Of a DNA stretch of 64,000 nt, positions 38,017 to 45,742 are shown piece by piece. This stretch comes from Occultella glacieicola (GTDB lineage: Bacteria; Actinomycetota; Actinomycetes; Actinomycetales; Beutenbergiaceae), in assembly GCF_004353825.1 (NCBI RefSeq), contig NZ_SMNA01000006.1, positions 124,001-188,000 of the forward strand. Direction: 5' to 3'. How positions within the stretch are numbered: position 1 is the stretch's first letter; each line of letters begins with the position of its first letter. The position numbers and the translations under genes were made by a program. The notes beneath the pieces are model-generated. The model did no database searches. It worked only from the letters and a program-made list of their open reading frames with translations, and was not told the origin of the DNA.

Positions 38017-38349
38017 CTACGCCTTGAAGATGTGGCGCCGGATCGAGGCCGCGTTGGAGAAGATCCGGATCCCGAGGACGACCACGACCGCCGTGCTCAG
38101 CTGCGACCCCACGCCGAGCTGGTCGCCGAGGAACACCAGGAAGGCCGCGATCAGCACGTTGAAGAGGAAGGAGGTCACGAAGACGCGCTCGTCGAAGACG
38201 TGCTCCAGACGGGCCCGCACGGCTCCGAACAGGGCGTCCAGCGCGGCGACGACCGCCACCGGCAGGTAGGGCTGCAACTCGACCGGCACGCTCGGTTGCA
38301 GAATGAGGCCGAGAACGACGCCGACGACCAGGCCGACCACAGCGATCAC
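38017..38349 (-). CDS. Small basic family membrane protein (DUF1290/Sbp)
   Basis: PYLPVAVVAALDALFG..GDQLGVG..RIFSN.A.IRR. Confidence 0.92.
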   Translation of the reverse strand: MIAVVGLVVGVVLGLILQPSVPVELQPYLPVAVVAALDALFGAVRARLEHVFDERVFVTSFLFNVLIAAFLVFLGDQLGVGSQLSTAVVVVLGIRIFSNAASIRRHIFKA

Positions 38350-38413
38350 GCGTTCCTCCCCCTCCCGGGTCGGGCCAGTCTGACATGAGGATCACCCGCA
38401 CGGCGCCGGCGGT

Positions 38414-39268
38414 CTATGACGATTCCGTCACATTCGCCAGATTGCTGGTGGTGCCGGCGGACAGCACCAGGTCGTCCGCCGGCACCACCGACGACGGGAT
38501 CGAGAACTGCGACGACAGCGTGCTCAGGTGGGTCGCGGCACTCGACCGGGCGAACTCGGTGCGCAGGTCCTGCGGGTCGCCGATCGCCTCGACGACGTAG
38601 GGGGTCACCAGCGGCTGCAGATCGACGAGGATGGCCTCCCCGGCCGTGCGGATCGCGGTCGCGCCGGTCAGCCGGTGCCCGTTGATCGAGATCGCCTCCG
38701 CCCCGCTGGCCCAGAGCCCGTTCACGACGACCTGCAGGTCGAAGTCCTGGACCCGCTGCTCCTGGGTACCGGGTTCGTTGTTCTGGGCCCGGTCGGAGTC
38801 CTCGAGGGTGACCACGACGCCAGGGCCGTGCACCGCCGTGCTCCCGGCCGGGACCGCGAGGGCGGCCGACTCGTCGAGCACCTGGGCGTTCCCCGACCCG
38901 AGCGCCGCGACCTGGAGGTCGTTGATCTCGGCGCGCACGCCGTCGTTCTGGGCGGTCAGTTCCTCAGAGGTCGCGATGCGCTCCCGGATCTGCTCGATCA
39001 GGACCGCGCGGGCACTCTCCCCCGAGGGGGCCGGCGCCCGTAGCGCCTTCGTGGCCCATACCCCGCCGAGCCCGAGCACGGCGGCGGCCAACAGCACCAG
39101 CACGCGTGACACCGGCCCGTGCCGGGGCCCGGTACCTGCGGCCCGGGCCGCCGCGGCGGCCGCGTAGCCCGGGTCGAGCGGACGCTCGGTGACCTCGTTG
39201 AGCAGGGTCATCGAGGCGTCCGGGCGTCGCCCGGGAGCCCTTGCGCCGCTTCCGCCCGGAGCGCTCAC
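38414..39268 (-). CDS. DUF881 domain protein
   Basis: DASMTLL..PLDPGY, DLQVVVNGLWASGAEAISING.RL. Confidence 0.9.
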   Translation of the reverse strand: MSAPGGSGARAPGRRPDASMTLLNEVTERPLDPGYAAAAAARAAGTGPRHGPVSRVLVLLAAAVLGLGGVWATKALRAPAPSGESARAVLIEQIRERIATSEELTAQNDGVRAEINDLQVAALGSGNAQVLDESAALAVPAGSTAVHGPGVVVTLEDSDRAQNNEPGTQEQRVQDFDLQVVVNGLWASGAEAISINGHRLTGATAIRTAGEAILVDLQPLVTPYVVEAIGDPQDLRTEFARSSAATHLSTLSSQFSIPSSVVPADDLVLSAGTTSNLANVTESS

Positions 39269-39894
39269 GCCGCCACCGACGGGTTCGGTGGGACCGAGCC
39301 CCGGTCCACGGCACCGGTCATGACCTGCCAGAACTGGTGGAGATAGATCGCACCGGCGCACCAGTACAGGAACACGCCCCAGATCGCGCTGGCCCAGCCG
39401 AGCACGAAGGCGACCTCACCCACGACGCCGGGCACCTGCGCGAGCAGCAACAGCGGGAACGCGTACATCAGGGCGAACGTGCCGGATTTGCCCGCGACGT
39501 GGACCGGGAAGCCCGGGTAGCCGCGCCGGAACATGAACGGCAGACATGCGGTGACCAGGAGGTCCTTGGTGGCGGTGGCGATCAGCAGCCACCACGGCAC
39601 CACGCCCTGGACGCACAGGCCGACGAGCGTGACGAAGATGAACAGCCGGTCCGCCATCGGGTCCAGCAGCTTGCCGAGTTTGGAGGTCTGGTGGAACCGG
39701 CGGGCGATCACGCCGTCGAGCCAGTCGCTGACGCCCGCGACGACGAGCACCACGAACGCCGGGACGTACTCACCGGTGAGGATCAGGTAGCCGACCACCG
39801 GAACCAGGAGCAGCCGGATCAACGAGATGACGTTCGGCACGGTGAGGACCCGATCGGTGTCCGCCTGCTGGGCGTCCTCGGGACCTGTGCTCAC
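39265..39894 (-). CDS. CDP-alcohol phosphatidyltransferase (PgsA2-like)
   Basis: TVPN.IS..R, SDWLDG.IAR..SKLG.LLDP.ADR. Confidence 0.93.
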   Translation of the reverse strand: MSTGPEDAQQADTDRVLTVPNVISLIRLLLVPVVGYLILTGEYVPAFVVLVVAGVSDWLDGVIARRFHQTSKLGKLLDPMADRLFIFVTLVGLCVQGVVPWWLLIATATKDLLVTACLPFMFRRGYPGFPVHVAGKSGTFALMYAFPLLLLAQVPGVVGEVAFVLGWASAIWGVFLYWCAGAIYLHQFWQVMTGAVDRGSVPPNPSVAA

Positions 39895-39963
39895 CCTGAC
39901 GAGATTAGTCGATCCCCGGCCCGTCCCACTCGCGCCCGACCGCACCGGTGGGAGACTTCAGCC

Positions 39964-40278
39964 ATGCTGCTCGCCTTCTCCGTCGCACCGCTCGGTTCCG
40001 GGGAGTCCGTCACCACCGCCGTCGCCGACGCCGTCGCGGTGGTCCGCGACTCCGGACTGCCCCACCGCACCGACGCCATGTTCACCACGGTCGAGGGTGA
40101 GTGGGACGAGGTGTTCGACGTCGTCCGACGCGCCACCGAGGCGGTCGCCGCCCACGGCAACCGGATCTCGCTGGTGATGAAGGCGGACATCCGACCGGGT
40201 CACACCGGCGAGCTGACCGGGAAGATCGACCGGGTCGAGCAGCAGTTGCGCGCCCGCGGTTCCGTGCCGGGAGCCTGA
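39964..40278 (+). CDS. Thiamine-binding protein family (MTH1187/DUF77)
   Basis: AFSVAPLG..SGLP..TDAMFTTVEGEWDEV..KADIRPG. Confidence 0.9.
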   Translation: MLLAFSVAPLGSGESVTTAVADAVAVVRDSGLPHRTDAMFTTVEGEWDEVFDVVRRATEAVAAHGNRISLVMKADIRPGHTGELTGKIDRVEQQLRARGSVPGA

Positions 40279-40281
40279 TCC

Positions 40282-40872
40282 GTGCTTGAGGTGCTCACCG
40301 GGAGCGGGCTGGCGTTCGCCGCCGGCCTGAACGCCTACATCCCGCTGCTCGTGATGGGCCTGCTGGCCCGCTTCACCGATCTCCTGATCCTTCCTCCCGC
40401 CTGGGCCTGGCTGGCTAACGACTGGGTCCTGGTGATCCTCGGCGTGCTCCTGGTCGTCGAGGTCGTCGCGGACAAGCTCCCGGCCGTCGATCACGTCAAC
40501 GATGTGCTCCAGACCTTCGTCCGGCCGACCGCGGGCGGCATCGTGTTCGCGGCCGGCTCGGGCTCGGTGACCCCTGCCGTGACGGATCCGGAGTCCTTCT
40601 TCACGAGCGAGGCCGTGATCGGCTTCGTCGTCGGCCTGGTCCTGGCGCTGACCACGCACGTGGCGAAGGCCGGAGCCCGGTCGGTCGTGAACCTGTCGAC
40701 GGCGGGGGTGGGCGCGCCGGTCGCCTCCACGGTCGAGGACGTCTCGTCCGTGGCGCTGACGATCTTCGCGATCCTGGTCCCCGTGCTCGTGGTCGTCTTC
40801 ATCGTGCTGCTGGTGGTGGTCGCGATCCGCGTGCGCGCGCAACGCCGCCGACGCCGTAGTTTGAGCACATGA
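40282..40872 (+). CDS. DUF4126 membrane protein
   Basis: GL..AAGLNAYIPLL, EVVADKLP.VD..ND, RP.AG, S.VED. Confidence 0.88.
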   Translation: MLEVLTGSGLAFAAGLNAYIPLLVMGLLARFTDLLILPPAWAWLANDWVLVILGVLLVVEVVADKLPAVDHVNDVLQTFVRPTAGGIVFAAGSGSVTPAVTDPESFFTSEAVIGFVVGLVLALTTHVAKAGARSVVNLSTAGVGAPVASTVEDVSSVALTIFAILVPVLVVVFIVLLVVVAIRVRAQRRRRRSLST

Positions 40873-41861
40873 GATTCGGACTCTTCATTCCCCAGGGTTG
40901 GCGCTTCGACCTGACCGGTATCGACCCGAGCGAGCACTGGGCCGTGATGAACGGACTGGCCCAGCACGCCGACCAGGGTCCCTGGGACTCGATCTGGGTC
41001 TACGACCACTACCACACCACCCCGATCCCCAGTGAGGAGGCCACCCACGAGGCCTGGACGCTGATGGCGGCGTTCGCCGCGAGCACGTCGCGGGTCAAGC
41101 TCGGCCAGATGTGTACCTGCATGGCCTACCGCAACCCCGCACACCTCGCGAAGGTCGCGGCCACGGTCGACGTGATCTCCGGCGGTCGCGCCCAGATGGG
41201 CATCGGCGGCGGCTGGTACGAACATGAGTGGCGCGCCTACGGGCATGGCTTCCCGCGCCCCGGGATCCGCCTGGGGATGCTTGACGAGGGCGTCCAGATC
41301 ATGCGGCAGGCCTGGACCGAGGGCGTGGCCACCCTCGACGGCACGCACTACCAGGTGGACGGTGCGATCGTGCGCCCTCTCCCCCTGCAGGACGGCGGAC
41401 CGCCCCTCTGGATCGCCGGCGGCGGCGAGAAGGTGACCCTGCGGATCGCCGCGAAGTACGCCACCCACACCAACTTCGACGGCAGCCCGGACGGCTTCGC
41501 GCACAAGAGCCGGATCCTGGCCCAGCACTGTTCCGAGGTCGGCACCGACTTCGGTGCGATCACCCGCACCGCCGACTACAACGTCGCGATCGGGCGCACC
41601 CAGGCCGAGGTCGAGGAGCGGTTGCGGGTCCTGGCCGAGCGCGCCCTGCCCCACCTCGGCGCCGAACGGACCGAGAACATGATCGGCGGTTACCGCAACA
41701 ACGGCTCGCTCGCCGTGGGCACCCCGGAGCAGATCGTCGAACGGCTCATGGCCATGAAGGCCGCCGGCCTCGCCTACGGGATCTTCTACTTCCCTGAGGC
41801 CGCCTACGATCGTTCCGGGATCGAGTTGTTCGAGCGCGACGTCATTCCGCACCTGAGCTGA
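40869..41861 (+). CDS. LLM class F420-dependent oxidoreductase
   Basis: FIPQGW, WVYDH, YRNPA.LAK.AATVD.ISGGR, IAGGGEKVTL. Confidence 0.92.
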   Translation: MRFGLFIPQGWRFDLTGIDPSEHWAVMNGLAQHADQGPWDSIWVYDHYHTTPIPSEEATHEAWTLMAAFAASTSRVKLGQMCTCMAYRNPAHLAKVAATVDVISGGRAQMGIGGGWYEHEWRAYGHGFPRPGIRLGMLDEGVQIMRQAWTEGVATLDGTHYQVDGAIVRPLPLQDGGPPLWIAGGGEKVTLRIAAKYATHTNFDGSPDGFAHKSRILAQHCSEVGTDFGAITRTADYNVAIGRTQAEVEERLRVLAERALPHLGAERTENMIGGYRNNGSLAVGTPEQIVERLMAMKAAGLAYGIFYFPEAAYDRSGIELFERDVIPHLS

Positions 41862-41899
41862 GCAGCCGGACTCCGACCCGCGATCCGAAGGAGGACACC

Positions 41900-42034
41900 A
41901 TGTCGGTCACCCCACCGGGGGGCGATGACGCCCCGCCCGGCGCCCACGAGATCCATCTCCTCGAGGCTGACGAGACCATCCCACCCCGCCCCGAGGAAGA
42001 GGTGGCCGATGCGGCGAGGAGTGACGACGCGTGA
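41900..42034 (+). CDS. Small acidic protein (44 aa)
   Basis: Strong RBS GAAGGAGGA, ATG, MSVTPPGGDDAPPGAHEIHLLEADETIPPRPEEEVADAARSDDA*; below the ORF-track cutoff. Confidence 0.65.
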   Translation: MSVTPPGGDDAPPGAHEIHLLEADETIPPRPEEEVADAARSDDA

Positions 42035-42264
42035 CGAACCCCGGTCCCCCGCGCGAGGCTGCTCCGCCACGGATGGCTCGCTCACGCACGCTCTGGCACC
42101 TGGGCATGCGCCAGATGATCGTCACGGTGGTGATCATCATCGTGCTGAACGTCGTGGCCCGCCGGCTGGGCCTCGGCTGGGGCGGCAGCATCGTGATGTG
42201 TGCGGCGATCGCGTTCGCGTGGCCGTTCGCGGCGGCCTGGTGGAACGCCCGACGGCGGAGGTGA
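42031..42264 (+). CDS. Small two-TM membrane protein
   Basis: GTGA overlap with the upstream small ORF; two hydrophobic helices. Confidence 0.55.
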   Translation: MTNPGPPREAAPPRMARSRTLWHLGMRQMIVTVVIIIVLNVVARRLGLGWGGSIVMCAAIAFAWPFAAAWWNARRRR

Positions 42265-42405
42265 CCCGGTGGGACGGCGTCGCCGCTCGGAGTCGTCCGG
42301 GTCGTCCGGGTCGCCCGGGCCGCCCGGGTCGGCCGTTGCTTGACTCGCTGGCGGCGACGTCCCACGCTGGTCAGGCCGTCGTCGTCCCGCCTCGGAGGTA
42401 GCACA

Positions 42406-42846
42406 GTGACCGACCGCGATCACCGACCCGACGGCCGCGCCGGCGACCGGGCCGCCGCCGAGGCGACCGAGAACGAACCCGGCACTGCCTACCCGGCCAG
42501 CCCTCCGCCGTCGGGCGTGCATCGGGCCCCCTCCGCGAACAGCGGCGACGCCTCGAGCGCCCGGCCGGAGGAGCATCGTGCTCCGGGAACGTCGCCGTGG
42601 GGGGACTACGCGAGCAGTCCCTACCCCGTGAACCCGGAGGCGGACGCGCCCGACCACACCCTGGCCGACCCCGCCTACCGACCGCCCGACTACGCGCGCG
42701 AACCCACCCCGGCGCACGGGGTCGGCACCCACTACCCGCCCTCACCCTCACCGGGATCGTCGTGGTACTCCGCCCGGTCCGAGCCCGACGACCCCCCGGG
42801 TGCCGACGGCCGGGACGACGGCGCGGAGGACGACCACGACCGCTAG
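42406..42846 (+). CDS. Pro/Asp-rich hypothetical protein
   Basis: GGAGG RBS before GTG; low-complexity, likely disordered. Confidence 0.4.
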   Translation: MTDRDHRPDGRAGDRAAAEATENEPGTAYPASPPPSGVHRAPSANSGDASSARPEEHRAPGTSPWGDYASSPYPVNPEADAPDHTLADPAYRPPDYAREPTPAHGVGTHYPPSPSPGSSWYSARSEPDDPPGADGRDDGAEDDHDR

Positions 42847-42868
42847 CGGCACCGGCGCGCACGAGGAG

Positions 42869-43408
42869 ATGACGCTCGCCCGGGACTCCGCGGACGCCGC
42901 CGACATCATCGGCCTGCGCGACCGGCTCGCCCACTGGCAGGAGTCGATCGGCATCACCCAGTGGCGCGTCGGTGAGGTCAGCGCGTTCGTCGTCGAACGC
43001 CAGGTGGCGGCCGGCGAGTGGTACCTGATGCGGCACGGCACGCAGCTGATCGCGACCGCGAGGGTGCTGACCCGCGACGAGCACACCTGGGGACCGGATC
43101 TCGGTGCGGAGGGGTCCGCCGGGTACCTGCACGGGCTGATGGTCACGCGGTCCGCGGCCGGGCGGGGCCTCGGTGGGCGGATCCTCGAGTGGTTCTGCGA
43201 ACTGAGCGCCTCCCACCGGCTCCCGGCCGCCCGGCTGGACTGCGTGGCCTCCAACCCGAGGCTGCGCCGGTACTACCTCGACCAAGGCTTCACCGAGCGC
43301 GGGATCACCGACTTCGGGGAGTCCAGCGGCTGGGCGCCGGTCCGCCGGTTCGAGCGGCTCCTGGCCGCCCCGACGGGGTTGTCCACAGGCCGCCGGCGAG
43401 GTGTCTGA
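42869..43408 (+). CDS. GNAT family N-acetyltransferase
   Basis: GITQW, YLHGLMV..GRGLG, RLDC..N.RLRRYY..GF. Confidence 0.88.
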   Translation: MTLARDSADAADIIGLRDRLAHWQESIGITQWRVGEVSAFVVERQVAAGEWYLMRHGTQLIATARVLTRDEHTWGPDLGAEGSAGYLHGLMVTRSAAGRGLGGRILEWFCELSASHRLPAARLDCVASNPRLRRYYLDQGFTERGITDFGESSGWAPVRRFERLLAAPTGLSTGRRRGV

Positions 43409-43451
43409 GGTCGGGGGTTACCTGGGACTTCGAAGCCGAAGGAGGCACATC

Positions 43452-44528
43452 ATGACCAAGGAGTCCCTGGCCACCCTGAACACCCAGACCCTGATCGGCC
43501 ACACCGACAGGCGCGGACGGGCGTGGCACTACAAGTCCGAACTGCAGGGCGAGCGACCGAACCACTATCCCGGTGCCATCCCGGTCGCGGACGTCCGGGA
43601 GCGCCTGTTCAACTGGCGGGCCGCCGCTCGGCCGGTCGCGGTGGAGCGCCCCGCCACCGAGGACGACGCCACCCACCGCGACGCCGATGGCAACCCGGTG
43701 CGGTGGGTCGTCGACCCGCGGCGCCGCGCGATCGTCCGGGAGGAGGACCCCGACGGGACGGTGTTCGGGGTCTTCTCCGCGGACTACGTGCCGCACCAGT
43801 ACGGCGAGTGGCTGCTCGAGAACGTCCAGCACATCCTCGACGACGACCTGTCGATCGCCTCCGCCGGAGTGCTGCGCGATGGTGCCGTCGCATGGGTGGA
43901 GGTGTCCGTGCCGGACTCGCTGCGGACGCCGGAAGGCGTCGAGTTCCGTCCGAACCTGCTCGCCACCACCACGCTCGACGGGACGCTCGCCACGACCTAC
44001 AAGCGCACCGTGACCGACGTCGTGTGCGACAACACCCGCAACATCGCCCTCGCCGAACGCGGACCGCAGACGAAGATCCGGCACTCCCGGTACGAGAAGC
44101 TGGGGCTGCTCTCCGCCCGGCAGGCGCTCGAGGTGGTCTACACGACTGCGGACGCGTTCGCCGCGGAGGTGGCTCGCCTGTGCGCCGTTCCGGTCTCCGA
44201 CGCCCAGTGGGCCATGTTCCTGGACGCCTGGGTGCCGGGCACCGACCCGCGCACCGGTGGTGAGCTCAGCGGTGCCCGCAAGGCTGCTGCCGAGCGGCGT
44301 CGCAGCGAACTGGACGATCTCTACCGCAACGACGAACGGGCCGCACCCTGGCGCGGCAGTGCCCATGCGGTGGTGCAGGCGGTGAACACCCACGAGCACC
44401 ATGTGCGCGCGCTCGCGCACGGGTCGGACCGGTTGCAGTCCAACATGCGCAAGATGGTCAACGGTGCGTTCGAGGACCTGGACGTGCGTGCCTGGCACAC
44501 GCTCGAGGGGGTGCTCCAGCCCGCATGA
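43452..44528 (+). CDS. DUF932 (phage/plasmid-like TIGR03299-type) protein
   Basis: RAWHY..NHYPGAIPV.DV, Y.PHQY.EWL, SAGVLR.GA.AW, DGTLATTYKRT...VCDNT; AAGGAGG RBS. Confidence 0.85.
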   Translation: MTKESLATLNTQTLIGHTDRRGRAWHYKSELQGERPNHYPGAIPVADVRERLFNWRAAARPVAVERPATEDDATHRDADGNPVRWVVDPRRRAIVREEDPDGTVFGVFSADYVPHQYGEWLLENVQHILDDDLSIASAGVLRDGAVAWVEVSVPDSLRTPEGVEFRPNLLATTTLDGTLATTYKRTVTDVVCDNTRNIALAERGPQTKIRHSRYEKLGLLSARQALEVVYTTADAFAAEVARLCAVPVSDAQWAMFLDAWVPGTDPRTGGELSGARKAAAERRRSELDDLYRNDERAAPWRGSAHAVVQAVNTHEHHVRALAHGSDRLQSNMRKMVNGAFEDLDVRAWHTLEGVLQPA

Positions 44529-44623
44529 GGCGGTGACGTCGCTCCGGCCGGGGTCCGGGACGGGCGTGGCCCGCGTCGCCCCGACGAGACCCGTCGTGGC
44601 ACCGGGCTCGGTGGTCCCGGCCC

Positions 44624-45085
44624 TCAGGCGGCACGGCTCGGCACCAGTCGCCGACCGATCAGGTAGAGCTGGCAGCCCAGGCACAGGCCGAAGGCGGCGT
44701 TCAGGAACGCGGCCACCAACGCCACGGCCGCGAACACGGTCACCGCCCAGGTCACGCCGGCGAGGCCGAGAACGAGACCGACGCCGGTGATGATGAGGCC
44801 GACGAACTGCGCGAAACGAGGCGGCGCCGGATCCTCCCGCTCCGTCGGCGGGCTCAGGCGAGGCCGGATGAGCGCCGCGTAGAGCGTCCCCTGCCAGGTG
44901 CCCTGGACCCCACGGGCGACGCCGAGCGCGAACGAGGCCACGACGAGCGCGAGCAGCACGAGACCGGCCGGCGAGTCCCCGGCCAGGATGGTGGCGATCA
45001 GCAGGGCGGCGGTCAGCGCCGCTCCGAACCGGGGGCCGCGCGGGTCGATGCCTGCGGCCCTCCCGGTCGCGTCGGGTGCGGTCAT
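44624..45085 (-). CDS. DUF4395 membrane protein
   Basis: IDPRGPRF, ED..PPRFAQ.VG, AAFLNAAFG.CLGC. Confidence 0.9.
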   Translation of the reverse strand: MTAPDATGRAAGIDPRGPRFGAALTAALLIATILAGDSPAGLVLLALVVASFALGVARGVQGTWQGTLYAALIRPRLSPPTEREDPAPPRFAQFVGLIITGVGLVLGLAGVTWAVTVFAAVALVAAFLNAAFGLCLGCQLYLIGRRLVPSRAA

Positions 45086-45654
45086 CGTTCGGCTCCGATC
45101 CGGTCGGTCGTGGTCGAGTTGTCTGTGCCGGCCGAACCGGCCGAGTTGTTCGGGTCGGTCGAGTTGTTCGGGCGGGTCAAGCCGATCGTGTTGGCCGAGT
45201 GCGCCAGCGCCTGGGTGGCCTGGACGCGCGTGGGTGCGCCGCCGATCCGCCCGACGAGTGTCCCGTCGGTGTCGAACAGCAACGACGTGGGTGTGCTGAG
45301 CACGCCGAACTCACGGGTCAGGTCGAGGTGCTGGCCGCCGTCCACCTCGACGAACGCCAGGGCGGGGTCCGTGGCCACCAGGTCGGTCCAGAGCGCTGCG
45401 CTGCGGCGGCAGGGGCTGCAGTACTCCGCGGAGATCTGCACCACCGTGGCCCGGGCTCCGGCGGTGACGGCGACCGCCGTACGGACCCGGTCGAGGGTCG
45501 GTGGCGCCGGTTCGCGGCGGCCGGCGCTGGTCGACCGGCGGGTGCGGACCGGGCGCAGCTCGCCGCGCCGGCGGGTCGCGAACCACCAGGCGAAGCTGGT
45601 CAGCCCCAACAGCGCGACGACGGCGCTCGCGCGAAACAGCACATCCGGATCCAC
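45082..45654 (-). CDS. Membrane-anchored thioredoxin family protein
   Basis: N-terminal TM helix, CSPC motif, VLSTPT; adjacent to DUF4395. Confidence 0.82.
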   Translation of the reverse strand: MDPDVLFRASAVVALLGLTSFAWWFATRRRGELRPVRTRRSTSAGRREPAPPTLDRVRTAVAVTAGARATVVQISAEYCSPCRRSAALWTDLVATDPALAFVEVDGGQHLDLTREFGVLSTPTSLLFDTDGTLVGRIGGAPTRVQATQALAHSANTIGLTRPNNSTDPNNSAGSAGTDNSTTTDRIGAER

Positions 45655-45742
45655 GGCACCGAGGCTAGGGCGGCCGACGGCCGCGTGACGGCGCACCCCC
45701 GATCCGTCCGGATCGTGGACGGGCTCCCCTGGGGGCGCGTGC

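Noticed and set aside
42292..42336. Degenerate 9-bp tandem repeat (GTCGTCCGG-like, about five copies)
   Set aside because: Short GC-rich microsatellite without spacers; not CRISPR, and no function supportable
45110..45175. Repeated GAGTTGTTCGG units
   Set aside because: They encode the low-complexity PNNST tail of the thioredoxin-like protein
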